Shown: positions 1 through 11,262, numbered from the stretch's first letter. The stretch is DNA of 64,000 bases from a virus (IMGVR_UViG_2630968317_000001:1-64000), one strand, 5' to 3'. Notes: generated from the letters alone by a model not told the origin. Made by a program: numbers and translations.

Positions 1-264
1 ATGAAACTTGAAAATTTACGAGAAGAGCGCATGTTGCAAGGAAAAACACAAACCTATATGGCGAAAAAATTAGGTTATAAGTACACAAGTGGCTATGCGA
101 ATATAGAAATGGGCAGAACGAAGCCAAGCTTAGAAATAGCAAAGCATATTGCAGATCTGCTGAATACCGGTGTTCAAGAGCTTTTTTTTGGTCAAAAGTT
201 ACACAAAAAGAGTAATTCTCTAGAAGGAGATCAGTTCTTAGAAAAGGGGAGACGAGCAGAATGA
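1..264 (+). CDS. Cro/Xre-family HTH regulator
   Basis: LREERMLQGKTQTYMAKKLG..YANIEMGRTKPSLEIAKHIADLL HTH_3 pattern. Confidence 0.85.
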   Translation: MKLENLREERMLQGKTQTYMAKKLGYKYTSGYANIEMGRTKPSLEIAKHIADLLNTGVQELFFGQKLHKKSNSLEGDQFLEKGRRAE

Positions 265-413
265 ATATTGAACATCCAATGGTGACACAGATGAGTGACT
301 TTGGTTATCCAAAAAGCTACTGGTCATATGACATGAAACGATATGGATACCAAACAGAAATTGAGGACAGTTTGGAGGGATCTGAAGAAGATGAGACATC
401 AGTTGATGTTTGA
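261..413 (+). CDS. Small YqaI/YjzJ-like phage protein (50 aa, not in ORF track)
   Basis: MNIEHPMVTQMSDFGYPK; ATGA overlap with upstream stop. Confidence 0.6.
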   Translation: MNIEHPMVTQMSDFGYPKSYWSYDMKRYGYQTEIEDSLEGSEEDETSVDV

Positions 414-630
414 TGCTAGAAAAGAAGCGCAGCTTTGTTTAGACCAAGCTGGCGGCTGGATCGCCTTTTATCAACAGAAACCGATGTTTGTTTTTGCCAC
501 AGCAGAAGAGAAAGAGACATATATGACCCTCCTGAAAGCTAAGTCGATGACAAAAAAGGAGGAATCAGGGCGACGTGAAACGATGGAAGCAAATCATGAC
601 ATTTTTGAAATGCTTGCTCAAAGCGAGTAA
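343..630 (+). CDS. Hypothetical PBSX early protein (true start probably near 406)
   Basis: ORF track; GGAGGG at about 374. Confidence 0.45.
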   Translation: MDTKQKLRTVWRDLKKMRHQLMFDARKEAQLCLDQAGGWIAFYQQKPMFVFATAEEKETYMTLLKAKSMTKKEESGRRETMEANHDIFEMLAQSE

Positions 631-680
631 AAACGAACAAGACATCCGCCAGTGGGCAGAGGATGACGGGAGATCATAAC

Positions 681-1082
681 ATGGTTATCCATTTAATCAT
701 TGAACATGAACATTTGTTAACAAAAGAGACATTGATGAAAAGAATACGATCAGCTGCAAAAGTACAATGCCCGCAAAAATTAGAAGGCGCACTATCACTT
801 GAAATTCGTTTATTTGATCACATGCCGCTTAACATTGCTGACTGCCAAAAAAAGCGTACATACGCAGAAAAAGGGTTGATACGCCCGATACACGTCAGCA
901 TCTTACAGCCAAGTCTACAGCATATTCAAGAAGCACTTCATTCTATAGCCGATCAAGTCCCTCTGCAGATTGTCGATTTAAGAGTTTCCCAGTTTTATAG
1001 TATGTGTGAAAGAGTTGAAATCATTATCAATACGGTAGGTGGTGGCACGAGGCCATCACCAAAAAAGGAGACAAGCATATGA
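681..1082 (+). CDS. xkdD: XkdD-like degenerate RusA-family protein
   Basis: LEGALSLEIRLF..AEKGLIRP..QIVDLRVSQFYS..RVEI RusA scaffold; catalytic KPDxDN absent; lies before xtrA. Confidence 0.6.
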   Translation: MVIHLIIEHEHLLTKETLMKRIRSAAKVQCPQKLEGALSLEIRLFDHMPLNIADCQKKRTYAEKGLIRPIHVSILQPSLQHIQEALHSIADQVPLQIVDLRVSQFYSMCERVEIIINTVGGGTRPSPKKETSI

Positions 1083-1285
1083 ACGAGCCAAAACAACTAT
1101 TCATTCAAGATAACCAAACATTTGTCGGTGAGATGGAAAAAGGAAAAATTCAAGTCATCGTGTTAGATGGAAATGTAGGAACGGCTTATCAAATGGATGT
1201 ACCTGAACATGGAAAAACCATTATTCAAACGGCAAAAGGTCATTTTGCAAGAGTAGATCACGAGATTGGTTTTAAAATCAGCTAA
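1079..1285 (+). CDS. xtrA: XtrA/YqaO-family protein
   Basis: GKIQVIVLDGNVGTAYQMDVPEHGKTIIQTAKGHFARVDHEIGFK. Confidence 0.85.
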   Translation: MNEPKQLFIQDNQTFVGEMEKGKIQVIVLDGNVGTAYQMDVPEHGKTIIQTAKGHFARVDHEIGFKIS

Positions 1286-1343
1286 CAGACTAAACACATC
1301 AAATCATAATACGTCCAAGACGGAAAGCCTGCGGACACTGATC

Positions 1344-1390
1344 AAGACCCTGCTAAAAGGGGACCTGATTGGTGTCCGTTTTTTATTTTC
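1344..1390 (+). terminator. Intrinsic terminator between xtrA and xpf
   Basis: GGACACTGATCA..TGATTGGTGTCC stem followed by T tract. Confidence 0.65.
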
Positions 1391-1412
1391 TTAAAAAAGG
1401 GAGAGAGCCAAT

Positions 1413-1931
1413 ATGCAAGATTTACTCATTGAATATAAAAGAGCATTAAAAAATGCTAGAAAACAATATGAACCATTTAAAGAAAAAGAAGAACATCAGC
1501 TGTCCGTTCAAGACAAGCATGATAAAAAAATGATCGCCAGTATGGTGAGCGATCTAGAATACGTAGTAGAATGGCTACAAATCGGAAGAGAGCCAGGTGC
1601 GCGCAGAGGGTTAGACAGACGTTCAGTCTATCAGCGCACCATTCTTGCAAATCCAGAAGTGTTAGAGGCTTTATCACATGAATATACCCTTATTCAAGAG
1701 AAAGAAAGAGAAGTCAGTGAGAGAGACAAAAAACGAATTGATGAAGCTTTGTCTGTTTTAACAGATCGAGAAAAGGACGTATTCTTTATGCACACAACAC
1801 AAGGATTATCGTTTAGCGAGATTGCGGTCATGCTGGATGTCAAAAAAGGAACTGTGCAAAAACATATGGAAAGAGCGCGGACGAAGATGTCCAAAAAAGT
1901 ACAAGAACGCCTATTCAGAGCTGCTGAATAG
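1413..1931 (+). CDS. xpf: Phage positive control sigma-like factor
   Basis: MQDLLIEYKRALK..GREPGARRGLDRRSVYQR; sigma70 region 4 at C-terminus. Confidence 0.92.
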   Translation: MQDLLIEYKRALKNARKQYEPFKEKEEHQLSVQDKHDKKMIASMVSDLEYVVEWLQIGREPGARRGLDRRSVYQRTILANPEVLEALSHEYTLIQEKEREVSERDKKRIDEALSVLTDREKDVFFMHTTQGLSFSEIAVMLDVKKGTVQKHMERARTKMSKKVQERLFRAAE

Positions 1932-1941
1932 GCGTTTTTTC
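1906..1941 (+). terminator. Terminator after xpf
   Basis: AACGCCTATTCAG..CTGAATAGGCGTT + T run. Confidence 0.8.
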
Positions 1942-1965
1942 TATCCAAAATAAATCAGCTAAAGC

Positions 1966-1997
1966 TTGTCTTACAGTTGCCACCTATAGTTAGAAAG
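1966..1997 (+). promoter_or_regulatory. Putative Xpf-dependent late promoter
   Basis: TTGTCTTACAGTTGCCACCTATAG between xpf terminator and terminase genes, where the PBSX late promoter lies. Confidence 0.45.
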
Positions 1998-2082
1998 ACC
2001 AAACGAATGTTTGCTAGCCCTACACAAATGATTCCTTCAAAGGGAATCATTCGAATTAAAAGGAGGCGGCAGGTGAATGTAA

Positions 2083-2727
2083 ATGAAAGATAAACGGATA
2101 GAGGCCAAGCGGGATTATATGAAGGGGATGACGTACCAGCAAATTGCTGATCATTACAATGTCTCGATCCATACCGTCAAATCGTGGAAAAGGCGATACG
2201 GATGGCAAAGACAAAAAACTTCGTCAAAGCAAGCACACTCGATCTTCAATCAATTTCTTTCAGATGAAACGATTGAGATCATGGAGAAAATGGATGGACG
2301 CACATCGCTTGATTTAATCTGGGATCAAATTCAAATTCAATATGCAGCCATTATTCGGGCGCAACGAATCATGTATGTAGCAGATCAAGAGGACATGATC
2401 AAAGAGTTGAAAAAGGCGGCATACATGCCTTCTTCATTAGAAGAAACAGGAGAAGGCATTCAGCCAGAATTAGACATCACCTCAGAAGAATATTCGTTTC
2501 AATTTTCATGGGATCGGCATGCGACGTTTTTAAATGCACAATCCCGTGCTATGGGTGAACTCAGGCGTTTAATAAAACAGTTTGAAGAGCTCGCACATGC
2601 GAAGGATGAACGAAGATTAAGGCTGAAACAAATTGAACTGACGATCGAAAAAACAAAAAAAGCAGTGCGTGAAGAAAAAGAGGAAGATCTTCAAATCATG
2701 ATCAAGCGAAAAGAGGACGACTCATGA
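2083..2727 (+). CDS. xtmA: Terminase small subunit
   Basis: N-terminal [27 protein letters not shown]; [20 protein letters not shown]. Confidence 0.92.
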   Translation: MKDKRIEAKRDYMKGMTYQQIADHYNVSIHTVKSWKRRYGWQRQKTSSKQAHSIFNQFLSDETIEIMEKMDGRTSLDLIWDQIQIQYAAIIRAQRIMYVADQEDMIKELKKAAYMPSSLEETGEGIQPELDITSEEYSFQFSWDRHATFLNAQSRAMGELRRLIKQFEELAHAKDERRLRLKQIELTIEKTKKAVREEKEEDLQIMIKRKEDDS

Positions 2728-4037
2728 CGCCATTGATTGAAAAAGAAGTCAATCCTCACTTTGAACACTTTCTATTCGATTGGAATCAAAAGTTTCAATT
2801 TTTAGTTGGAGGCTATGGCTCCTCTAAAAGCTATCACATTGCTTTAAAACTCGTCTTAAAGCTGCTGGAAGAAAAGCGGACAGCACTTGTCATTCGAGAA
2901 GTGTATGATACGCACCGCGAATCAACCTTTTCTTTATTACAAGAGATCGTCAGCGACCTCGGCATCGACCATGTGGTGAAGTGCCGAAGTTCGCCGCTTG
3001 CACTGACGTTTCGAAACGGCAGCAGCATCTTATTTAAAGGGCTGGACAAACCTGAAAAATTGAAATCAATCAACAACATCTCGATCATTTGGATTGAGGA
3101 ATGTTCAGAGGTTTCTTATGAAGGCTTTAAAGAGCTGCTTGGAAGGCTAAGGCATCCATCCTTACCGCTTTATATGATGTTATCGACCAATCCTGTTGGT
3201 CAGGATAATTGGACGTACCGACATTTTTTTCGAGATGAACAGCTGAAGCGTTTTGTTTTAGATGATGAAACCTTATACAAAAAGCGAACTGTTGTTATCA
3301 AGGATACGTACTATCATCACTCCACGGCAGAAGATAATCTATTCCTTCCTAAAAGCTACGTGAAGCAGCTGGATGAGCTGAAAGAGTATGACCCAGACCT
3401 CTATCGCATTGCGAGGAAGGGATATTTCGGCATTAATGGCACAAAGGTTTTTCCTCAGTTTGAGGTGAGAAGCCATTCTGATGTATTAGAAGCCATTCAG
3501 CAGATTGACAGACCGCTGAAACGAGCAGGCATGGATTTTGGATTTGTTGAATCATACAATGCGCTCATTCGGCTAGCTGTCGATCATGAAAAAAAGTACT
3601 TATATATTTATTGGGAATATTACGACCGCGGGAAAACAGATGATGAAACAGCCCTTGACTTGAAAGAGTTCATTGAATCAAAAGAACTGATTAAAGCCGA
3701 TGCAGCCGAACCTAAAACCATTCACTATTTTCGGCAGCGCGGCTTTCAAATGGTGGCGGCACATAAGTTCCAAGGCTCACGTTTACAGTATACAAAAAAG
3801 ATCAAACGGTTTAAGAAAATTATTTGTTCTGATGCATGTCCATATACCATCTATGAACTTCAATCACTAACCTATAAGGCAGATAAGGATGGACGTCTAG
3901 AGGAAGATGAATTTCAAATCGATCCACACACATTATCAGCCATCTGGTATGCGCTGGATGATTATGAAGTGACAGATTTGAAACAGACTGCCTCGGAGCG
4001 TGTCCGTCCAAACAGAGAGAGGAGGTCCATACAATGA
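2724..4037 (+). CDS. xtmB: PBSX-family terminase large subunit
   Basis: Walker A GGYGSSKS, Walker B IWIEE, nuclease GMDFG. Confidence 0.95.
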   Translation: MTPLIEKEVNPHFEHFLFDWNQKFQFLVGGYGSSKSYHIALKLVLKLLEEKRTALVIREVYDTHRESTFSLLQEIVSDLGIDHVVKCRSSPLALTFRNGSSILFKGLDKPEKLKSINNISIIWIEECSEVSYEGFKELLGRLRHPSLPLYMMLSTNPVGQDNWTYRHFFRDEQLKRFVLDDETLYKKRTVVIKDTYYHHSTAEDNLFLPKSYVKQLDELKEYDPDLYRIARKGYFGINGTKVFPQFEVRSHSDVLEAIQQIDRPLKRAGMDFGFVESYNALIRLAVDHEKKYLYIYWEYYDRGKTDDETALDLKEFIESKELIKADAAEPKTIHYFRQRGFQMVAAHKFQGSRLQYTKKIKRFKKIICSDACPYTIYELQSLTYKADKDGRLEEDEFQIDPHTLSAIWYALDDYEVTDLKQTASERVRPNRERRSIQ

Positions 4038-5491
4038 AACAATTGAAAGCAACCATTATGAAGGCAAACATGTCTGATCATACAAAACAAATGTATGCAG
4101 ATGAATTTTCCTACGAAAAGGATGACATTGTTCCCCCGCCTTACAATATCAATGAATTAAAAAGCATGGCAGAATATTCAACCATTCTTCAGCAATGTAT
4201 TGATGCGTATAAGACCAATATTTTAGGCTTTGGATTTGGTATAGAATATGCCTTTGACTTTAATGCAGAAGGCGTGAAACCGGCAAAAAAGAAGGCGGCA
4301 GAGAAGGAATGGACAAGACTTGAAGAGTTTACGAAATACATGAACTATGATGAGTCTGCTGATGTGGTGCTTGGCTATGTCATCGAAGACCGGGAGAAAA
4401 CGGGGAATGGTTTTTTAGAAGTTCTCCGAGATGGCCAGGGAAAGCCGGCAGGAATTGAGTATTTAGATGCGCTCCATATCCGCATTTGCAAGCTGAGTGA
4501 GCCAGTCGACGTCGAATTTCGGTATACAGAAAACGGCGAATTGAAAACAATGAATCGAAAGAAGCGATTCCGTAAATATGTGCAGGTGATCAATGAAAAG
4601 AAAGTCTTCTTCAAGGAGTACGGCGATCCGCGCATTTTACATTGTGAAACAGGCAAATACGATGACACCACCCCAGAGCCGCTTCGCGCAACAGAAGTGA
4701 TTCATTTTAAAATCGGCAGTGGAACGTATGGGATTCCCCGCTGGATTGGCAACATCGTCAATATGTATGGGGCACGCAAGGCAGAAGAGCTGAACTACCT
4801 TTATTTTAAACAAGGGCGGCATGTACCTGGTGCCCTCATTGTCGAAAATGGAATGCTGTCTGAGTCTTCCTATCAGCAGCTTCAAGATTATATGGACGAT
4901 ATTGAAGGCTCTGATCATGCACATAAGTTTCTATTGCTTGAAGTCGAAGGTCTCCCGACGGAAAAAGGATTAACTGGAGAAGAAGATGTCTCAAATGTCA
5001 AAGTGAACTTCAAATCCCTAGCAGAGATCTTGCAAGAAGATGCCCTCTTTTTAGAATACGATGAAAAAACAAGAAACAAAATCCGCTCTGCTTTTCGATT
5101 GCCGCCTATTTACACAGGTGAGTCTCAAGACTATAACAAAGCTACAGCCGATACGGCGCGGAAAACAACAGAAGAACAGGTATTTCAGCCTGAACGGCAT
5201 CTCATCACAGGGAAACTCAATACCCTTTTCCTGCCGGATCTTGATATTTGGCATGTCCGTTTCCTATTAAATGGTCCTGACTTTAGAGACCCATTAGAGA
5301 TTGCCAAGGTTCTGACACCATTTATTCAGGCTGGGGCAGTGTCACCAAACGATTTGCGAGATCTCGCGGGACGTATCCTTGGGAAAACGTTAGAGGAATG
5401 GCCGGAGGATCTCTATCACAGACCTTTAGAAAGCAGCATGACATCAGCTGAACAACAGTCTCAACGAGAGCCAGATCAGTTGAAAGAATAA
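4034..5491 (+). CDS. xkdE: Portal protein
   Basis: PBSX portal motifs [27 protein letters not shown]. Confidence 0.93.
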   Translation: MKQLKATIMKANMSDHTKQMYADEFSYEKDDIVPPPYNINELKSMAEYSTILQQCIDAYKTNILGFGFGIEYAFDFNAEGVKPAKKKAAEKEWTRLEEFTKYMNYDESADVVLGYVIEDREKTGNGFLEVLRDGQGKPAGIEYLDALHIRICKLSEPVDVEFRYTENGELKTMNRKKRFRKYVQVINEKKVFFKEYGDPRILHCETGKYDDTTPEPLRATEVIHFKIGSGTYGIPRWIGNIVNMYGARKAEELNYLYFKQGRHVPGALIVENGMLSESSYQQLQDYMDDIEGSDHAHKFLLLEVEGLPTEKGLTGEEDVSNVKVNFKSLAEILQEDALFLEYDEKTRNKIRSAFRLPPIYTGESQDYNKATADTARKTTEEQVFQPERHLITGKLNTLFLPDLDIWHVRFLLNGPDFRDPLEIAKVLTPFIQAGAVSPNDLRDLAGRILGKTLEEWPEDLYHRPLESSMTSAEQQSQREPDQLKE

Positions 5492-5529
5492 ACCGAAGCG
5501 CGTGTGCTTTTTTGAAAGGGGGTGAACAT

Positions 5530-6618
5530 ATGCCAAGAGAATTAAAAAACGCAAAAATTACGCATGTTTCCTACGTGGACAGAGCCGCAAACAAAAAGAA
5601 ATTCTTTTTGATGAAGGCAAAGAAAAGCCAGCCTGACTTTCAAAAAGAGGTGAGTGTGCTGACAAAGGCAGAAGATGCTCATCGCCTTGTGTATGGTGTC
5701 GTGTATGAACCGAATACACCTGATGCACACCAAGACTTTATGTCTGCCAAAGAAATTGAAAGAGCAGCACATGGTTTTATGAAAGATGCCCGTCACATTG
5801 ACAAGCAGCATGATTTTCAACATGGTGTTGGCGAAGTGGTTGAATCATACATTGCACCAGCTGATTTTGAAGTAGGCGGTGAGCTGATTCGAAAAGGATC
5901 TTGGGTGCTTGTAACAAAGGCTTCTCAAGAGATTTGGGATCAAATTCAGAAAGGCCACATTACAGGATATTCAATGGCAGGAACGGCGGACATCGTAGCA
6001 ATCGAAGAACAAGATCAGCTCCTATCTCAAAGCACGAATGAGAGAGGGCTTTTTTCTTTGCTGAAAAATTTCTTTTTGAAAGAGGAAGGTGCAAACATGT
6101 CACAACAATTTTGGAGCGTTTTAGACCATCTGCTGGAAACCTTACAGTCAAGTGATGGTGATGAGGCGGGGGTAAGAGCAGCGCTTGAGCAATTGCTGCC
6201 AATCGTGCAGGAGATTTTGAAGACAGAAGATGTGATTCAAACGATTGGTGAAAGGCCAGCCTCCGTACAAAAACAAGACACCGCTTTGACGACGGAGCAA
6301 GTACGAGAGCTTGAAAAAGCAAAAATGGCCATCGAAAACGTCTTACAGCATGCTGAACAGCAGGAAACAGATCAAACTGGGGAGGAACCTGTCCAAAAGG
6401 TGCTTGAGCAAGTCGTTGCACCGATTCGTCATCAGCTTTCTTCTTTAGAGAAATCAGCCAGCAGAGAAAAAGCAGCGCTTGAGCAAGTACTTCAGCAGCA
6501 GCTTTTGCCTATTTCAGAGCGGATTCACATGCTTGAAAAAGCGCGCGGCATGTCAAAACAAACAATCCACGATACACAAAACGACAGTACAAAGCCCATA
6601 TGGGATGGCTTACTATAA
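5530..6618 (+). CDS. xkdF: Prohead protease / scaffold
   Basis: MPRELKNAKITHVSYVDRAAN, LVYGVVYEP, ITGYSMAG; coiled C-terminus. Confidence 0.9.
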   Translation: MPRELKNAKITHVSYVDRAANKKKFFLMKAKKSQPDFQKEVSVLTKAEDAHRLVYGVVYEPNTPDAHQDFMSAKEIERAAHGFMKDARHIDKQHDFQHGVGEVVESYIAPADFEVGGELIRKGSWVLVTKASQEIWDQIQKGHITGYSMAGTADIVAIEEQDQLLSQSTNERGLFSLLKNFFLKEEGANMSQQFWSVLDHLLETLQSSDGDEAGVRAALEQLLPIVQEILKTEDVIQTIGERPASVQKQDTALTTEQVRELEKAKMAIENVLQHAEQQETDQTGEEPVQKVLEQVVAPIRHQLSSLEKSASREKAALEQVLQQQLLPISERIHMLEKARGMSKQTIHDTQNDSTKPIWDGLL

Positions 6619-6640
6619 GCCTAAATAAGGAGGAAACAGT

Positions 6641-7564
6641 GTGAGAAATCAAGAGTTGATTCGCAAGGCCGAAATGACACTTGCCAGCTTAAAAACCGGC
6701 GGTCTCATGAACGCAACCCAATCCAACACATTCATTAGAATGATGCAAAATACACCAACCGTTTTAAATGATGCACGTATCATTCCAATGGAAAGTGATT
6801 CACAAAAAATCGAAAAAATCGGCTTTGGCCAGCGTATTTTGCGCCCAGCAGAAGAAGGCAAAGCGCTTGATGCGAAAGACCGTGTTGTCCCAGCGACAAG
6901 CACTGTCCAGCTAAATGCGAAAGAGGTTATCGCAGAGATCCACATGACCTACGACAGCATTGAAAACAATATTGAGAAAGACGGCATTCAGCAGACGATT
7001 ATGCAAATGCTCGCTGAACGAGCAGCGGTTGACATTGAAGAGCTCATCGTCAATGGCGATACGACTTCAGCAGATCCATTTTTAGCTCAAATGGATGGTG
7101 TGAGAAAACAAGCGGTATCTCATATTGTAGACGCAAATGGGTCGGAAATTAGCCGCCAATTGTTTAAGCAAGCTTATAAAGCAATGCCGTCAAAATATTT
7201 ACGTGTTCCTCAGGATTTCCGTTTCTACACATCCCCAAGCTTAGAAGTTGAATGGAAGGATCAAGTAGCAAACCGTCAGACGGGCCTTGGGGATGCGGCC
7301 ATTCAAGGCGGACTTTCTTCTGCATTCGGTGTACCGGTCAAAGGTCTTGCCAATATGCAGCCATATGACGAAGCGGGAACAGATGTATCAGATATTTTGC
7401 TGACACATCCTAAAAATATTATCGTAGGTTTCTCTCGAAATATTCGAATTGAAGTAGAAAAAGATATTCGCAGCCGTAAATTTATTATTGTCCTCACAGC
7501 GAAGCTAGACAGCAAATTTGAGGAAGAGGATGCTGTAGCAAAAGTGATGAAAGTGAAAGAGTAG
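6641..7564 (+). CDS. xkdG: Major capsid protein
   Basis: [31 protein letters not shown]. Confidence 0.92.
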   Translation: MRNQELIRKAEMTLASLKTGGLMNATQSNTFIRMMQNTPTVLNDARIIPMESDSQKIEKIGFGQRILRPAEEGKALDAKDRVVPATSTVQLNAKEVIAEIHMTYDSIENNIEKDGIQQTIMQMLAERAAVDIEELIVNGDTTSADPFLAQMDGVRKQAVSHIVDANGSEISRQLFKQAYKAMPSKYLRVPQDFRFYTSPSLEVEWKDQVANRQTGLGDAAIQGGLSSAFGVPVKGLANMQPYDEAGTDVSDILLTHPKNIIVGFSRNIRIEVEKDIRSRKFIIVLTAKLDSKFEEEDAVAKVMKVKE

Positions 7565-7577
7565 GTGACGGCAGACC

Positions 7578-7961
7578 ATGATCATTTCTGCTGAAGAACT
7601 GCAGGCCTATTCTGTATTTGATCGTGTGAAAAATCGATCTGTAGAAAGACTGTCAGCAGATATTATCGAAGCAGAAGCTGCGGTGTTTCAGATCGTAGGT
7701 CACGATTTCTCAAGCGAAAAATATCAGCCCCTCCCTGAAAAAGCAAGAATCGCATTATTAAAAATGGCCCAATATTTTGCCATGCTGAATGATGACGAAT
7801 CTATGATGAAAGGCTTTACGTCAGAGAAAATGGGTGATTATTCATATGCGAAGGCAGCTGATCAAGTGAAAGGCAGACCCTATGTATATGCCCTGCTAGT
7901 AGATTACATTGAACCAACATTAACTGCCGGCAGTGCCAAACTAAAGGTGAGATCATTATGA
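7578..7961 (+). CDS. Head-tail adaptor (YkzL/YqbG-like)
   Basis: SEKMGDYSY motif; synteny. Confidence 0.8.
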   Translation: MIISAEELQAYSVFDRVKNRSVERLSADIIEAEAAVFQIVGHDFSSEKYQPLPEKARIALLKMAQYFAMLNDDESMMKGFTSEKMGDYSYAKAADQVKGRPYVYALLVDYIEPTLTAGSAKLKVRSL

Positions 7962-8314
7962 GCTATCAATCTCTATTAACAGATCGCTGTGATCTTTTTC
8001 ACCTTGAACAGAAGGAGTCTGCCCGCGGGAAATTTGGAATTCCAGCTGATGATTTACAAATGACACTTTCCTATCCCGACGCTCCCAGCCTGACCGATCT
8101 AGCTTGTTATGTCATAGAAAAGAACCAGTCACTTGTGCAAGAAGAGCCGAATACAGTCATTTATCAATCCTATCTTGTGCATTTTCCTTTAGGAAGTGAT
8201 ATTCGCTTGCATGACAAAATGGTGTGGAATGGCGTGTCACTCAAATTACAGCAGCCTAAAAAAGTGAAAAATCATCACATCGAAGTGATGGCAGTCAGGA
8301 AGGAAAATCTATGA
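7958..8314 (+). CDS. xkdH: Head closure protein
   Basis: MSYQSLLTDRCDLFHL..NHHIEVMAVR. Confidence 0.85.
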   Translation: MSYQSLLTDRCDLFHLEQKESARGKFGIPADDLQMTLSYPDAPSLTDLACYVIEKNQSLVQEEPNTVIYQSYLVHFPLGSDIRLHDKMVWNGVSLKLQQPKKVKNHHIEVMAVRKENL

Positions 8315-8808
8315 AAATTGATGGACTTGACCGGCTGATTTCACAACTGCAGACAGCGTGTGATGGCGGTTTAAAGGCAGAATATCAAGATTGGCTGGAG
8401 GACATGGGCCTGCAGTTTTTAGACATCATTCAGGATGAATTAATCAAGGAGAATGCTGTTGATACAGGACGGCTTCTAAGATCCTTTACACAAGGCGACA
8501 AGGAGAATCATTTTCTCATTTCAAAAGGCGGCCTCACACTTGAAGTGGGAACGCAGCTTGAATATGCCTCCTATGTTAATGACGGACATGCCACTTCTTC
8601 AAGTGGAGAGCGAAGATGGGTGCCTGGCAGATGGACTGGCAGCCGCTTTGAATATGATCCGAATGCAAGTACAGGAATGATGCTTGCCTCTCAATGGGTT
8701 GAAGGCAATGGCTACTGGGATCATGCTGTCATGCTCTATGAGCAAATGTTTGAACAGTCGCTGGATCGAAAGCTGCAAAGCTGGTTCGATCGACATTTTG
8801 GGAGGTGA
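8311..8808 (+). CDS. xkdI: HK97 gp10-like neck protein
   Basis: VDTGRLLRSF, VGTQLEYASYVNDGH. Confidence 0.85.
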   Translation: MKIDGLDRLISQLQTACDGGLKAEYQDWLEDMGLQFLDIIQDELIKENAVDTGRLLRSFTQGDKENHFLISKGGLTLEVGTQLEYASYVNDGHATSSSGERRWVPGRWTGSRFEYDPNASTGMMLASQWVEGNGYWDHAVMLYEQMFEQSLDRKLQSWFDRHFGR

Positions 8809-8812
8809 TGGA

Positions 8813-9268
8813 ATGAATCAAGAAGTCGGGGCAATCATGCATTATATCTACACACACTTTCCTGTGACAATGTATGATCGTCTTTTGCCAGAACGCTTTC
8901 AAGTGCCATCCGTTTATGTGCCGCCTGTGACAGTGATCAGTGGTCCAGATACGGTTTCTACCTTTATGAAATCTTATTCGCTGCAAGTGAAAGTCTTTCA
9001 TATTGATACAGAAAAAGCACATGATGCGGCAGAAACAATCGTTGATGCATTGCTTGCTGATCGTCAAATCATTCAGATGATGAGTGAAGACGGAGAGGTG
9101 CTTGATGATTATGTCCGCATAAAAAGAGTGGAAACAAGAATGATAGATCAAGGCGTAGCAGCGATTGTCCTGACATGGGATAGCAGCTATTGGTACAACC
9201 GAGACAAACAGGCAAGCCTTGAAGATATCAACTTTTCAGATGGGGTGATCAAACGTGAGCAAGACTAA
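8813..9268 (+). CDS. xkdJ: Tail terminator / completion protein
   Basis: RBS GGAGGTG before ATG 8813; synteny. Confidence 0.8.
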   Translation: MNQEVGAIMHYIYTHFPVTMYDRLLPERFQVPSVYVPPVTVISGPDTVSTFMKSYSLQVKVFHIDTEKAHDAAETIVDALLADRQIIQMMSEDGEVLDDYVRIKRVETRMIDQGVAAIVLTWDSSYWYNRDKQASLEDINFSDGVIKREQD

Positions 9269-9467
9269 AAATGCACAGCCCGCTCAAACAGCCGGCGAAG
9301 AAAAAGAATTTGGCTTTTCATTTGAAGCCTTAAAGGAGCACAGCAAGGATCTTTTTGGGGTCAAACCAGAAATCCTTGAAGGGGCTCTTTTTTATATCAA
9401 AGATCAACCAATTACAAAAACAGAAGCGAAAAAGCACATTGATGCTTTTTTGTCCAAGGAGGTTTAA
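9255..9467 (+). CDS. YkzM-like small tail protein
   Basis: LFGVKPEILEGAL..FLSKEV. Confidence 0.75.
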   Translation: MSKTKNAQPAQTAGEEKEFGFSFEALKEHSKDLFGVKPEILEGALFYIKDQPITKTEAKKHIDAFLSKEV

Positions 9468-9470
9468 AGG

Positions 9471-10817
9471 ATGAACGGAGGCACTTTTACACCAGGTACA
9501 GAGAAAAAGCGTCCTGGCATTTACTTTAATTTTAAAACAACAGCAGAGCAGCGAATTACTTTAGGGGATCGAGGTACGGTGGCACTTCCTCTTGTGATGA
9601 GCTGGGGAGAGCCAAAAACCTTTATTTCCGTTTCAAATATGGAAGATTTAAATAAAAAGGTTGGACTCAACATTGATGAAAAGTCACTTCTTCTTTTCCG
9701 TGAAGCAAAGAAAAAAGCACAAACGGTCTTGCTTTACCGTCTAAATGAAGGAGAGCCGGCCAAAGCCGAAATTGCTGAAAATTTTGTCGTCACAGCAAAT
9801 TATGGCGGCCAAAAAGGAAATGAGATCACAGTACAAGTCGCAGAAAATGTACTTGATAGCACAAAACGCGATGTTATCACTTATCTTGGGACAGATATTG
9901 TGGATAAACAGGTCGTTACCGATGTCAAAGACCTTGTGAAAAACAAATACGTTCAATTTTCTGGTGAAGGTGCAGTCGTCATTACAGCTGGCGTGGCACT
10001 AAAAGGCGGGAAAAACGGCGTGGCAAGTGTCGCAGATTATACAGCTTTCCTAGAAGCAGCAGAAACAGAATACTTTGATGTCATTGCCCTTCCAGTCAAT
10101 AATAGTGAGCAATTAAAAGCAACCTTCGCTTCATTTATCGAACGTTTACGTGATAAGCAAGGACGTAAGGTGCAAGGGGTTGTGGCGAATTATGCAGCTG
10201 ACCAAGAAGGAATCATCAATGTGACAAGTGGTGTTGTACTCGAAGATGGAACAGAACTAACTCCTGCTCAAACAACAGCATGGGTCGCAGGGGCAAGTGC
10301 CGGAGCAAACTTTAATCAGTCACTCACCTTTGTTGAATACGAAGGAGCAGTCGATACATTAGAACGCCTTGACAATGATCAAGTAGAATACCGGTTATCA
10401 CAAGGGGAGTTCCTCTTCACCTTTGATGCGAGAGATCGTACCGTGAGTGTTGAAAAAGATATTAACTCCTTGACAAGCTTCACAACTGAAAAGAACCAGC
10501 AAATGGCGAAAAACAAAATCATTCGTGTACTTGATGCGATCAACAATGATTTAACATTCGAATTAAAAAATCTGATTAAATTACGCAAAGCCAATGGCAA
10601 TGACATTCCAGCATCAGATGATGGAGTGCAGCTTGTGAAAACACTGATTACCCAGTACCTCACACAGCTTCAAGATGGCAGCGGCATTACAGGCTTTAAC
10701 TCAGAAACAGATATCGTGATCGGCCTCAATGAAGATCGTGATGGATTTATCATCGATTTAGCGGTTCAACCAGTAGATGCAGCAGAAAAATTCTATTTCA
10801 ATGTGGAGGTGAAGTAA
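9471..10817 (+). CDS. xkdK: Contractile tail sheath
   Basis: MNGGTFTPGTEKKRPGIYFNF..PVDAAEKFYFNVEVK. Confidence 0.95.
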   Translation: MNGGTFTPGTEKKRPGIYFNFKTTAEQRITLGDRGTVALPLVMSWGEPKTFISVSNMEDLNKKVGLNIDEKSLLLFREAKKKAQTVLLYRLNEGEPAKAEIAENFVVTANYGGQKGNEITVQVAENVLDSTKRDVITYLGTDIVDKQVVTDVKDLVKNKYVQFSGEGAVVITAGVALKGGKNGVASVADYTAFLEAAETEYFDVIALPVNNSEQLKATFASFIERLRDKQGRKVQGVVANYAADQEGIINVTSGVVLEDGTELTPAQTTAWVAGASAGANFNQSLTFVEYEGAVDTLERLDNDQVEYRLSQGEFLFTFDARDRTVSVEKDINSLTSFTTEKNQQMAKNKIIRVLDAINNDLTFELKNLIKLRKANGNDIPASDDGVQLVKTLITQYLTQLQDGSGITGFNSETDIVIGLNEDRDGFIIDLAVQPVDAAEKFYFNVEVK

Positions 10818-10818
10818 G

Positions 10819-11262
10819 ATGGCTTTTAAAGCGCAAAATACAATTTCAGGTAAAGAAGGTCGTCTTTTCTTAGAAGGTGAGGAGCTTGCATTTATCAAAA
10901 CCTTCGAAGCAAACGTGGAGAAAAACAAATCAGAAGTGAACGTCATGGGCCGCCGAATGACTGGCCATAAAACAACGGGAGCAAACGGAACAGGAACGGC
11001 AACCTTTTATAAAGTTACATCTCGTTTCGTTCAATTGATGCTCAATTACGTGAAAAAAGGAGAAGATCCATATTTCACTCTTCAAGCTGTCATTGACGAT
11101 AAATCATCAGGCCGTGGCACTGAGCGTGTGACATTATTTGATGTCAACTTTGATTCAGCTAAAATCGCTGGATTGGATGTTGATTCAGAGGCGCTTGAAG
11201 AAGAAGTTCCTTTCACGTTTGAAGACTTTGATCTTCCTGAGAAGCTGAAGAATACTTTCTAA
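10819..11262 (+). CDS. xkdM: Tail tube protein
   Basis: NTISGKEGRLF..EEEVPFTFEDFD. Confidence 0.95.
   Translation: MAFKAQNTISGKEGRLFLEGEELAFIKTFEANVEKNKSEVNVMGRRMTGHKTTGANGTGTATFYKVTSRFVQLMLNYVKKGEDPYFTLQAVIDDKSSGRGTERVTLFDVNFDSAKIAGLDVDSEALEEEVPFTFEDFDLPEKLKNTF

Noticed and set aside
2000-2013. LexA/DinR box CAAAC-GAAT-GTTTG
   Set aside because: It deviates at the conserved GAAC/GTTC core and lies at a late promoter; the evidence is too weak.
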